From Candidatus Aenigmatarchaeota archaeon (GTDB lineage: Archaea; Aenigmatarchaeota; Aenigmatarchaeia; GW2011-AR5): a DNA stretch of 64,000 nt. The position numbers and the translations under genes were made by a program. A model generated the notes under the pieces. The model ran no database searches and was not told the DNA's origin. It saw only the letters and a program-made list of their open reading frames with translations. The DNA is taken from NCBI GenBank assembly GCA_016198685.1, contig JACQID010000004.1:160001-224000 (forward strand). Direction: 5' to 3'. Shown in pieces: positions 20,440 to 31,406 of the stretch (its first letter is position 1; every line of letters starts with the position of its first letter).

Positions 20440-20676
20440 TTAGACAACCACTCTATAATATAGGGTCGTTTCCCCTTCAGAAACTCTTGTTATTTTGACT
20501 ACATCGCCTTTCTTTGCGCCCAGCTTTTTGGAAACAGAATCGTCTGCATTCATTCGTGGAAGCTGATTCAGGCTCGCATTAAGCTCATTCAGGAGAAGAG
20601 CTTTCTCTTCGTCATTAAGGAGTTCATGCTTCGGTACAATATGGCTCTCGAATATATTGATTTCTTTTTCTTCCAT
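20440..20676 (-). CDS. rpoH: RNA polymerase subunit H (Rpo5)
   Basis: SHIVPKHELL, QLPRM, GDVVKITR, YYRVV. Confidence 0.97.
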   Translation of the reverse strand: MEEKEINIFESHIVPKHELLNDEEKALLLNELNASLNQLPRMNADDSVSKKLGAKKGDVVKITRVSEGETTLYYRVVV

Positions 20677-20689
20677 TGAACTCCCTCCA

Positions 20690-20796
20690 TGGGCCCGACG
20701 GGATTCGAACCCGCGACAGTCGGCTTTCTGCGGGCCCGGTGCCCTGCTGGCACAGGCTTAAAAGGCCGATGCTCTACCAGGCTGAGCTACAGGCCC
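20690..20796 (-). tRNA. tRNA-Lys(UUU) with a 33-nt intron at 37/38 (20726-20758)
   Basis: GGGCCTG/CGGGCCC acceptor, TCGGC-CTTTTA|A-GCCGA anticodon arm after intron removal, TTCGAAT T-loop. Confidence 0.93.
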
Positions 20797-20819
20797 TAGC
20801 GACTGGGTTGGTGCGAATA

Positions 20820-20922
20820 CGCCCTGGCCGGGAAATTCAAGATGATGCGGTCTGCAGCATCTTTTTGAACCCGGGTCGCAGCCTTGACAAGGCTGCATGC
20901 TAGGCCGCTACACCACCAAGGC
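20820..20922 (-). tRNA. tRNA-Asp(GUC) with a 30-nt non-canonical intron at 59/60 (20834-20863)
   Basis: CAGCC-TTGTCAA-GGCTG anticodon arm; T-loop TTCAAA|T interrupted by a strict BHB. Confidence 0.93.
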
Positions 20923-21027
20923 AACAGAGAAACATAGATTCAAGTAAAATATTAAAACTCATAAAGAATAGTCTTAAATCTAGTCCCCAATCCACACACC
21001 CTCCTGACGCAATCGCTTAATTATAAT

Positions 21028-21145
21028 GGCCAGCAACGTTCTGGTGTTCCCGGCTTGTAGGCCAGTACTTGCCATGTCGCAGGAGAGCTTGACTTCCAAG
21101 TTCGGAATGGGTTTGGGTATCGCCTCTCCGCTATGATCGCCGACC
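21028..21145 (-). rRNA. rrf: 5S rRNA (unlinked)
   Basis: 118 nt with paired ends GGTCGGCGA/TTGCTGGCC and conserved CCCATTCCGAAC, AAGC and AGTACTG segments. Confidence 0.93.
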
Positions 21146-21166
21146 ACATTTATTAAGGGCGATGTT

Positions 21167-21180
21167 TATTTAAAAGTTTC
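21167..21180 (-). promoter_or_regulatory. BRE-TATA promoter of the 5S rRNA gene
   Basis: GAAAC-TTTTAAATA centred about 26 nt upstream of the 5S 5' end. Confidence 0.65.
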
Positions 21181-21198
21181 TTTTGCCCTGTCTACGGC

Positions 21199-21819
21199 CT
21201 AACCTGCTTCTTTTGAAGGAAAAATGGCGCTAGACTGATTCGGCCACTTTATTGTCCGCCTCAACAACACCATCATGACAAAGATTGCGTTTGCAACAAC
21301 AAGCGAGGCAGGATACAACCATGTTGTTAATTCTAAATTATCAAAGGCTAGAATAGAGAGGGCAAATGTAACCGAACCTGCTGCAAAGGTTATGACAGTT
21401 TCCGAGTAGGGTTCGTAATATGCCTTCCTAAAAGTAGGTATGAATCCAAGAATATCAACAAGCGTCACTATTATTACTGCGCTCAAAGGATCGCTTGTAA
21501 TTTTCCAAATGACAATGCCTGCCAATGCCGCAACCAAACATAACCAATCGGATTTTTTTACATAGCTTATTCCTGATTTGAGAAAAGCTATTGATGAAAT
21601 AGCAAAGCATGTTGCTGCGGTTACTCCGGTAACCCACGCGCCTGCCCCGGCATTTTTTTCTATCTGCGCAAAGAAAGCGATCGCCGTCAATAGTCCCCAG
21701 ATAAACCACGAGAATACATGAGGTTTGGTTCTGTTTCTGAATATATTCAGGAAATAAGGAACATAACTTGCAAGACTGACAGCGACTGCAAGAATTGCAA
21801 GAGTGGTTTTATATTCCAT
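21199..21819 (-). CDS. Multi-pass membrane protein (PQ-loop-like, CPR/DPANN type)
   Basis: YVPYFLNIFRNRTKPHVFSW and FIPTFRKAYYEPYSET repeated halves, about 7 TMs. Confidence 0.7.
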   Translation of the reverse strand: MEYKTTLAILAVAVSLASYVPYFLNIFRNRTKPHVFSWFIWGLLTAIAFFAQIEKNAGAGAWVTGVTAATCFAISSIAFLKSGISYVKKSDWLCLVAALAGIVIWKITSDPLSAVIIVTLVDILGFIPTFRKAYYEPYSETVITFAAGSVTFALSILAFDNLELTTWLYPASLVVANAIFVMMVLLRRTIKWPNQSSAIFPSKEAG

Positions 21820-21965
21820 AGTGTCTTCTAATATTAGAATTGGGTCTTTTAATTGGCTGTACTTCGGTGGTATTTTTAAATTTTTGCAAGATTATATTTT
21901 GAGACCATCGTCTGCCGCCTATGGCAGAAAACGAAGAATACTTTTGAAACAAGGAGGGTGATGAT

Positions 21966-23853
<1,888 letters not shown>

Positions 23854-23905
23854 AGCGTTGCCTTTTCTTTTTTATACCCTTATTGACTATATATTGCTTG
23901 ATTTC

Positions 23906-24397
23906 ATGGTCTCCAAAATAATTATTTTTGGCGCTATCATAGCTTTGCTAGTAGGCGGCATTGGCTACATATATTTTGGCGTCATCTCTCCTTCATCCGA
24001 AAAGCCGTCAATAGAGAAACCTATACTGCTTGAAGGCCAGGACATCAGCGAAGAGCACGTGTCTTGGCTGGCCAATGAATTAGGAGCGTATAAGATACAT
24101 AATAGTCTTTCTGGAGAGGCCGCTGAAATAGAAATATTCGTGGAAGGCACCGCATTTACAGTCACAAATTCCGGTAATTCGCCTTCTGCAACAAAAGGAA
24201 ATGCGGCAAACCCGGACATAAGGATAACTGCCGATAAGGCAAGCTTTGCAGAACTGATAAATTCAGAGAACATCAATTCGAAAATAGCTCAGCTGTATGC
24301 CAGCGGCAAAATCGGGGTTGAAATCCTGAAAGACGAAGCTACTTTGGCGTTGAAAGGCTACAAAGCTGTTTATGACCAAATAAGCGGCAATGCATAA
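23906..24397 (+). CDS. Membrane-anchored protein with an SCP2-like (sterol carrier) domain
   Basis: N-terminal TM; GNAANPDIRITADKASFAEL...YASGKIGVE resembles the SCP2 pattern. Confidence 0.5.
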   Translation: MVSKIIIFGAIIALLVGGIGYIYFGVISPSSEKPSIEKPILLEGQDISEEHVSWLANELGAYKIHNSLSGEAAEIEIFVEGTAFTVTNSGNSPSATKGNAANPDIRITADKASFAELINSENINSKIAQLYASGKIGVEILKDEATLALKGYKAVYDQISGNA

Positions 24398-24444
24398 ACA
24401 TATTTTATTTTACCGTACTTATAGTTGCGATGGCAACTATATAA

Positions 24445-25278
24445 ATGGACTACCCTGACGGCTTCAAAGAACTGGTTAATATGGTAAAAAAAGAGCCGGT
24501 TACTGTTGCATCAGGCAAGGAAATATGGGAAAAATTCTGTCGTGTCGTTTTTATAGGAAAAGACCGGTCTGATGCTGAGATAAGCTTTCTTATCGTGATG
24601 CTCAAGAAATATATTGATTATGATTATGTTCTCGCAACCGATGGCGAAGATTGGGAAAGTGCAGTACGGACCTTTCTCAAGGAACGCCTCGGCAAGATAA
24701 GGGACGAGAATACCGAAGCGTCTGTTTCAGGAGTTCTTCGCGATTTATTTTATATCACTGCCTCGATAAAAGGCGGTGCAAGATTCTTCAAGAAAAAAGG
24801 AATACTGGAAAATCTTGCGACGATGGTTTCAACTAAAGAAAAAACAAAGGAGTTGATAGATGAAATTGCCGAGGACGGGGATGTTGCAGGTATAAAATAC
24901 ACAAAAGCGATTCTCTGGCTCCAATACTGCGGCTTTGCAAAAGATTTTGCGCCTCCTGCCAAGCACCTGAAAACTTTCGTGAACAGCGATGTTGGGCCTT
25001 ATTACCGGTATTATGAAGATGACGAATACTTCATGAAGAAGGCGGAAGAAATGGCTTCTGACTTTCCGGATACGTCTTTGGCGGACGTTTATCGGGCCGT
25101 TTACCTTTACAGGACCTTCAAATCCGCAATGCCTCGCGGCAGCAAATTTACGCCGCGAAAGCTTCTAGAGTTTATGAAAAAGAAGAAGGTCTCTGTTTCA
25201 AAAATGTTTTCCATGCTATCCGATAGCGAAGGCAGGGAGGAGCTTGCAAAAAAGATGGCAGTATTTATGGGATACTAG
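24445..25278 (+). CDS. Hypothetical protein, possibly of the HhH-GPD fold
   Basis: VAGIKYTKAILWL...FAPPAKHL resembles a helix-hairpin-helix plus GPD-loop spacing. Confidence 0.45.
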   Translation: MDYPDGFKELVNMVKKEPVTVASGKEIWEKFCRVVFIGKDRSDAEISFLIVMLKKYIDYDYVLATDGEDWESAVRTFLKERLGKIRDENTEASVSGVLRDLFYITASIKGGARFFKKKGILENLATMVSTKEKTKELIDEIAEDGDVAGIKYTKAILWLQYCGFAKDFAPPAKHLKTFVNSDVGPYYRYYEDDEYFMKKAEEMASDFPDTSLADVYRAVYLYRTFKSAMPRGSKFTPRKLLEFMKKKKVSVSKMFSMLSDSEGREELAKKMAVFMGY

Positions 25279-25322
25279 GCATCTGAAAATGATTTATAAG
25301 TTTTGCATGTATACCTTAAATT

Positions 25323-25739
25323 ATGAATCCCGTGCCACAATACGAGTTTACCAGTTTTCTTGCATGGAAATTAGATGAAATGGGAGTCCGGTATTCTATA
25401 GAAAGGAAACCCGATGATCAATGGGACGGTGAGTATATTACCTTCCGGTTTGAGAAGAACCCGAATGTTCAAAGCATACGGGTTAGGATAATGGGGGAAT
25501 TTTCTCCTGACGCATTTAGAAGTATGGGAGCATATTCTCAAATGGCGAATGTTGAAGCAGGTGGAGAACCTGATGAACTCATTGATTCTTACAAGCTCGA
25601 AATAGGTCAAAATATCATTAGTACGCCTATTCTGCAAACTTATGGCGAAAAAAGCCGCAATATGGAGGAAGAAAGGTTATCACTCCTATATGCTCATTGG
25701 GAAAGTTTTCTTGAGGATGCATTCAGGTCCGTCCAGTAA
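25323..25739 (+). CDS. Hypothetical protein
   Basis: 138 aa ORF preceded by a TTTATAA box. Confidence 0.6.
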   Translation: MNPVPQYEFTSFLAWKLDEMGVRYSIERKPDDQWDGEYITFRFEKNPNVQSIRVRIMGEFSPDAFRSMGAYSQMANVEAGGEPDELIDSYKLEIGQNIISTPILQTYGEKSRNMEEERLSLLYAHWESFLEDAFRSVQ

Positions 25740-26040
25740 ATACTGCATTTCATTTCTCTGATTATTGCATTCAAGTCCGGAAATTCTTAAGTATTGCAGG
25801 CGGTCATCACTCTATATGCACAGTATGGGGGTGCCTTGATGGGAAAGAAAAAGTAAATTCTCTAAAATAATCATATAGAATCGGTGAATTTTTTCTTTTT
25901 TGTTTTCCTTTATCGTGTTTTTGTAAGACCATATTCAGATAACACGTTCCAATTTTTGTGGGATCATCGTGGTTTTTGCGTTTTTTATTTTTTCATTGAA
26001 TAGTAACAATATTTTATGAGGTGATTATGAGGGGGCGCCT

Positions 26041-26148
26041 ATGAAATGCCCGCGTTGTTCAAATGAGATGGTCAATGACACAGGACTCATCTACTGCAGA
26101 AAATGTAATTATTTCTGGGAAGATTATAAGATTGATCTTATGAGCTAA
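26041..26148 (+). CDS. 35-aa CxxC-x12-CxxC zinc-ribbon microprotein (not in the ORF track)
   Basis: MKCPRCSNEMVNDTGLIYCRKCNYFWEDYKIDLMS; GAGGGGG SD upstream. Confidence 0.7.
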   Translation: MKCPRCSNEMVNDTGLIYCRKCNYFWEDYKIDLMS

Positions 26149-26176
26149 GTAAAATTTTATCCTGAATCATAAGACA

Positions 26177-27307
26177 TTACTCTATCAATTTTTGTGCATT
26201 GCCGTACGCAAATTTTTCCTGAACTGAAATATCAAGGCGTGCGATGAATGCGCGAGTGTAAGTATTCAACGTAACTGCAACGTCTTCGTCCAATGACCAA
26301 GGGGCACTCCAGCCTCTGTCAGTCCCCCAGAGAACCTGGTCCGGATGCCTTTCTATAAAGCCTTTCCACGTTGCAACATCCTGCGCAAGAAGCAGTTCAG
26401 GATTATTGAAGTGTTGTAGGAATTGCTGTTTGCTAACTTGTGGTCTCAATAGCCATGTGTCGCCATAAAGTTCGTCCACGCCGTAGTAGGCATTGGAATG
26501 CTTGTATAGTATATCCTCTATCTCCGATAAGTTCTGCCCTTCACCGCTTCCGGCTATGAGTTGGTCTCCGTGCCAGATGAAATTTATATCCGGATTCGCT
26601 TCCAGCACGCGTTCAAAGCTTTTTTTCTGCCCTTCTCCAAGGTGGACATACACAATGAGATTGTTTCGTCTCACTACAGGATAGATGTCCGTAAGTCTCT
26701 CTGAATCCGGAGGAAGCTCGGCTGCCCCGCCTTGACGTGCATATAGTCCTATCTCGCCATACCCTTGAAACATGCCTGGGTAAACTGAAAGCATTTCTTC
26801 AAGGGCGCCTGCCTTGACTGTAGGATAGCCGCCAGGCGAGTTGTCGCTATCAGGCGGCATTATGAAAGGCACGAATCTTCCAGGATATTTTCCCAGCGTT
26901 TGATTGACGATTGCGAGGGAATCTGTTATTATCGGATCCCATACGGGAAAGAATGCAAAGACCTTGCTCGTGTTTTCCTGATCCATCATGCAGACATAGT
27001 CTCCCATCCTGAGGTTCACTCCCATCAGAGGATGATCATTTTCATTCGGCTGTCCGAAAACCGGCCCGTCAGGTATCGCCGCTATGTGTATGTGCGTGTC
27101 TATCATAGGACCTTTATAGTACGAATCGTTCAATGCGGGTACCTGAATTAATGAGCAATTCGATTCTCCAAAAACGGCCTCGATGCGTTGATCCCCTTCA
27201 AAATTTTGCATTATCGATTCTGGTATCGTCTCTGCAAAAAGTAGTGTTCCTATAATAATCAACAAAAGAATTATGCCTATTATTGCATGATTTTTTGGCA
27301 TTTTCAT
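26177..27307 (-). CDS. Membrane-anchored amidohydrolase-superfamily (TatD/Amidohydro_2-like) protein
   Basis: N-terminal TM, IDTHIH, GYGEIGL, VYVHL, VLWGTD. Confidence 0.8.
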   Translation of the reverse strand: MKMPKNHAIIGIILLLIIIGTLLFAETIPESIMQNFEGDQRIEAVFGESNCSLIQVPALNDSYYKGPMIDTHIHIAAIPDGPVFGQPNENDHPLMGVNLRMGDYVCMMDQENTSKVFAFFPVWDPIITDSLAIVNQTLGKYPGRFVPFIMPPDSDNSPGGYPTVKAGALEEMLSVYPGMFQGYGEIGLYARQGGAAELPPDSERLTDIYPVVRRNNLIVYVHLGEGQKKSFERVLEANPDINFIWHGDQLIAGSGEGQNLSEIEDILYKHSNAYYGVDELYGDTWLLRPQVSKQQFLQHFNNPELLLAQDVATWKGFIERHPDQVLWGTDRGWSAPWSLDEDVAVTLNTYTRAFIARLDISVQEKFAYGNAQKLIE

Positions 27308-27466
27308 TAGTCTATATGACTGCCTCTTATAAAGATATATGACCTCCCCATTTTTTGAATAAAAATTCTAATAGGTACATGGCTTTTCCGAAGGGAGAAA
27401 AAAATAATTTATTAACAAATTGCCGGATTAATAAGGAATTTTGTATCCTTTGCAGCTAATTCCTCT

Positions 27467-28339
27467 TTATTGCCTGGAAGACCGCATTTCATAACTAATC
27501 AGAGGATGCGTCTTTGCAAGATTGAGCCATCGTCTATCCGGAACCGCCAAGCCTTCTTCTGTCATTATATAGGGGCCGGATTCAAGGGCGGATCTTATTT
27601 GATGCCTGTATTCTTGCGGCAATTCTGCGCGGCCTGTAATCCGCACATTGTTGTCGCCTGTCTGCATATCTACGCCAAACGAGTTGTTGCCGTCATTGAA
27701 ATACTCCAGTTGGAACGCATCATTTGTATATGGGAATGCGACTTCTTTTGGTCTATATCGCCTATTTGTGTTATGTTCCCAAATGCGTCCGTTTGACGCA
27801 ATTTGCAGTAATTGGGCCGGACCGACAACATAGATCATGGCGAGTGTACTGCCGTTTGGGAGCCTGCCGGATTCTACTTCTTCATCATAGTGATAGGCTA
27901 CTGAATTTGGATAAGTGCCGTTTGCCACGTTGTTAAAATTAATGTATGCCTCTGGATTCTCGGGATGAAATGCGTTTGAGGTATCTGGAAGTATTCCTAA
28001 GATTGCCTGGGTAATGACGTCTCTGCCCCTTTGTGACGTATGAATGGACATTACATCTCCAAGTATCTGGATTGCATACGCTTCAGTTGGGGTGAAAGTT
28101 TCTTGATTCGGCGGTATGTTAACGCCAGGGAACATACGCTTTGCGCCAATAATTGCATTATTCGCGTATGCGATGATCATGTCATGGATATCGCTATTTT
28201 CCTCATCAAAGTTTTTAACTGGGGCAGTCAGAATGTCAAATTCCAGAGGCTTATAATGCCGGGTTTTGATTTCATAGCCTTCGGACAGCAATTTATCGAT
28301 TAGCGATCCAAATCCGTAATCTCTTGTTCCGTCGGGCAT
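27467..28339 (-). CDS. Hypothetical protein
   Basis: 290 aa ORF; no motif recognised. Confidence 0.65.
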   Translation of the reverse strand: MPDGTRDYGFGSLIDKLLSEGYEIKTRHYKPLEFDILTAPVKNFDEENSDIHDMIIAYANNAIIGAKRMFPGVNIPPNQETFTPTEAYAIQILGDVMSIHTSQRGRDVITQAILGILPDTSNAFHPENPEAYINFNNVANGTYPNSVAYHYDEEVESGRLPNGSTLAMIYVVGPAQLLQIASNGRIWEHNTNRRYRPKEVAFPYTNDAFQLEYFNDGNNSFGVDMQTGDNNVRITGRAELPQEYRHQIRSALESGPYIMTEEGLAVPDRRWLNLAKTHPLISYEMRSSRQ

Positions 28340-28754
28340 GTTATCGGCAAAAATTTAACAGAAGACTATTTAAAACTATAAAATTTAACTACTTTTAAGA
28401 AATAACAGTTTATCCACCGGCTAGTTGGAATAAGCGTGCATTGCAAGAAAGTCCAAAATCAGATAGGAATTTGAGTGTCAACATAGAAGCGGTCGCCATT
28501 TATGCTAATAAGCTTGTGTAAATTACTTGCTTGATGACTGATTACGCACTGTCACTAAAAAAAGCGCGAGAGTTTTCTCAAGCGAACACAAATTATGCAT
28601 GGAAAATATCTGGTGGCGAAAAAAGGAGGAAGATGTTGTCAGATGGCTTTGATAATGTAGTTTATGCCGCCAGTGCAGTCAAGAATAAGTCTGATAAGAA
28701 ATAGAATGCTCATGAATTTCTCGAATTTATATAGGCATTTAATCGTTTTGAATA

Positions 28755-29351
28755 GTGACAATTATGAGAAACGGAAGAAGGGTTAGTTCATTCAACGAAT
28801 ACTTGGAAGCCTTGCCGCCAAAAGAAGCTCATATGGTAGCACAATACAGAAAAATCGCAGGCGTATACAATCTTCTTTGGCATGAAATCACGGTCAGAAC
28901 ATATAACAGCGAATGGAGAAAGGACGGCGTAGGCAGTTGCGGGATTGATAAGGCAACATCCGAAGACTTGCTGGAAGGAAGTTGCGGAAGTAATATAATC
29001 TCACTTCGTGAGAGAAAGAATTACGAGACTCCCGGCCGGAGCATGGCCTGTCCCTATCATAGACCGGATAGAGGCTGCATTCTTGAAGAGCTTAAGAGTC
29101 CAAGATGTCTTGACCATGTCGATTACCGTCATGACGCTGAAATAAAGGAGAGATTTGGCATAGAAGTTCCTGAAATGAGAACGGCGCTCAGAATAATTCA
29201 GCTTGGCGGAAGGAATCCCAAGGAAGGTGACTTTGAACTGAAGCCGCATCTGAATGATGATTTTGTTGAAGAAACATATAGGCAAACGATGGAAATAATA
29301 AACCATGTCAGGAACTTTCCCGTGCTGCATCCAGAAGAACTGTTAATATAA
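28755..29351 (+). CDS. Cys-containing hypothetical protein (YkgJ-like CPxx...GC...PxxC tail)
   Basis: CPYHRPDRGCILEELKSPRCL. Confidence 0.55.
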   Translation: MTIMRNGRRVSSFNEYLEALPPKEAHMVAQYRKIAGVYNLLWHEITVRTYNSEWRKDGVGSCGIDKATSEDLLEGSCGSNIISLRERKNYETPGRSMACPYHRPDRGCILEELKSPRCLDHVDYRHDAEIKERFGIEVPEMRTALRIIQLGGRNPKEGDFELKPHLNDDFVEETYRQTMEIINHVRNFPVLHPEELLI

Positions 29352-29398
29352 ATGCCCCATTATTCATGAGTGCAAAGAATCCAGACATTAATACTTGG

Positions 29399-29410
29399 AT
29401 CCCCTGACTG
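29399..29410. repeat. att direct repeat ATCCCCTGACTG (distal copy)
   Basis: Identical to 44305-44316, the 3' end of tRNA-Tyr. Confidence 0.8.
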
Positions 29411-29493
29411 GGCAGAATGCGGCTATTCTATATGCTTCTCCTGTTTTTTGTATGGCTGGCAGAGTATTTAAAAATCAAAAAGCTGGTTAATCT

Positions 29494-30693
29494 ATGAAGA
29501 AGCTATTAGTTTTGTATTTTTTTATAGCACTTTCTGCTGTAAGCTATGCCGAATGTAGCTATTCTGCTTCAATAGAGACGGAGATTGAGGCTTTAGATAG
29601 TCAAGGGACAACAAACTATCAGTTTCCTACTTTCCGAGAAGATGATTATCTCGCCTTAAAGTGGTTAAGAATAAGAAACACTGGTAATTGCACCTTAGAA
29701 AACCCAGAGTTTTTATTTCAATTACAAAACAATATAGAAGAAAAGGACGAGGTATTCTGCTTTGTCAAGAGTGTATTTACAGTCCCAGAAAACATAACGC
29801 CCGGAGGCATTTATGAAATTAAGAGGTTGCCCGATAAGTTTCAATATAACTACCAAGACTCTTCTGGAAGAGAAAAAAGCTACTGTCCTGAAAAGCTTGA
29901 CGCACCCGGCAGATGGGAAATAAGCATAAAGCCAGACCCTCTTAGTCATAATCCGACAAACCCAGGTGGTTATAGTCTTCTGATTCACGGAAGGCACGTA
30001 TCCAACTCAAGCTTTCGGGTTTACAGCAGTCTTGAGTTGAGTTTAGCAGACGCAGCCAAACAGTCCAATTTTCTTGCTCAAGTGGCTATAATGGCAGCTT
30101 TTTCGGCCATAATAATAACAGTTGGATTGGAGCGATGGAAACAAAAAAAGGAAGAAGACAAACACAAGGAAAAACAAGTTAGCTTGCTAAAATCATTGGC
30201 CTTTGAGATAAGTCAAATAAAAAATAACTCGGAAAGTTTTGACAAAATATTCAAACTAAACGAAGAAAAAATAATGAAGAAATATGGACAGGTTGTAGTA
30301 TCTCAATATCCAATAAGAGCACTGGATGCAGCATTTTACATAAGAAACTTAGATGAGAAAATAGAAGGAAAAACCACTGCACTTTTGAAGAGGAACCTTA
30401 TGAGACTTGAAGATAAAATATGGCTTGTAAATGATAGCTGGCTTCAAGTAAAAAATGCTATGGTCGGTAAAGATTTAGACCATGCTAAATATGTAATAGA
30501 AGAATTCTATAAAAAAATAGACACCCGCTATGGAAAGACTGGAGGCCACGCAAAAACAGATATGGATAATTTAGTAGAAATAATACAGGATTTATTAAGA
30601 AAGCGCTTTGGTATATCAGAGCCTTTGGTTGAAGAAGAGGTACTCTTTGAACTAATGAAACAGAACTCCTATGAAGAAAGGCCTACATCGTAA
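29494..30693 (+). CDS. Single-pass membrane protein: signal peptide, Cys-containing beta ectodomain, TM, helical cytoplasmic domain
   Basis: Hydrophobic segments at residues ~3-19 and ~195-212; AT-rich; TTTAAA box ~25 nt upstream. Confidence 0.75.
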   Translation: MKKLLVLYFFIALSAVSYAECSYSASIETEIEALDSQGTTNYQFPTFREDDYLALKWLRIRNTGNCTLENPEFLFQLQNNIEEKDEVFCFVKSVFTVPENITPGGIYEIKRLPDKFQYNYQDSSGREKSYCPEKLDAPGRWEISIKPDPLSHNPTNPGGYSLLIHGRHVSNSSFRVYSSLELSLADAAKQSNFLAQVAIMAAFSAIIITVGLERWKQKKEEDKHKEKQVSLLKSLAFEISQIKNNSESFDKIFKLNEEKIMKKYGQVVVSQYPIRALDAAFYIRNLDEKIEGKTTALLKRNLMRLEDKIWLVNDSWLQVKNAMVGKDLDHAKYVIEEFYKKIDTRYGKTGGHAKTDMDNLVEIIQDLLRKRFGISEPLVEEEVLFELMKQNSYEERPTS

Positions 30694-30728
30694 ATATTGC
30701 AAATTCCACAAGATTCCCGTCAGGAGCA

Positions 30729-31406
30729 TCAGCGAGGCGGTGGCAGGGCATATAGTGAAGGTTTGCCCGGTGTCTTCACAAGGTGTCCGTTTCGGACAAG
30801 ATTCTCCAAACGCCTATAAAACGCCGTTTCTGACAACCCTATGTATCTGGCATCTTTTGTTGTGACAGAACCCCTCGACCTTACAAAATCAAGGATAGCA
30901 GACTCAGTGAGATATTTTCTTAAAGGAGTAGGCGTAGGGGAGAGCATACCCTTATGGAGAGTGTCCATAGAGGCCATACTGGAAGGAACTTTAATGTGAA
31001 TATCATTGTAGCCTCTGCATCCTCGTGAACTTATCCAGATGGGAATTTCTCCCATTTGAGTAACTCGTAACGTAAACCCCACTGTCCCATGAAAACGCCG
31101 GAAATGAGCTCCCACTTCAGGAGTCTTCAGTTTCATACAGAACATCTTGTAGGAATCTGGGCCCAAATGCTTTTTCATAACTTTCTTCACCTCATTTTCA
31201 TCCAAATCCGTATCAAACGTAACCCGTCCATTAGCGAGGGAAATCATAACCTTGCCTACAGACGGAACATGAAAGCAAACATTCTTTGCCCTGTCCTTGG
31301 GAGACGGTTCTTTCTTCGTTGCGTATTCTTCCCACGTTTCCGCCAAAAGTGCTGAAGCTTCTTTTTCTATCTGCGAAACGTGCCGGAAGCCGTGCTTTGA
31401 CCTCAT
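30729..31406 (-). CDS. Hypothetical protein with a C-terminal winged HTH
   Basis: AILDFVRSRGSVTTKDARYIGLSETAFYRRLENLVRNGHL; ATGA-coupled to the upstream ORF. Confidence 0.7.
   Translation of the reverse strand: MRSKHGFRHVSQIEKEASALLAETWEEYATKKEPSPKDRAKNVCFHVPSVGKVMISLANGRVTFDTDLDENEVKKVMKKHLGPDSYKMFCMKLKTPEVGAHFRRFHGTVGFTLRVTQMGEIPIWISSRGCRGYNDIHIKVPSSMASMDTLHKGMLSPTPTPLRKYLTESAILDFVRSRGSVTTKDARYIGLSETAFYRRLENLVRNGHLVKTPGKPSLYALPPPR

Noticed and set aside
20676-20903. 75-aa plus-strand ORF
   Set aside because: It is the antisense of tRNA-Lys and tRNA-Asp
21921-21947. 8-codon ORF (MAENEEYF) upstream of groES
   Set aside because: Too short, with no SD or other support for a leader-peptide role
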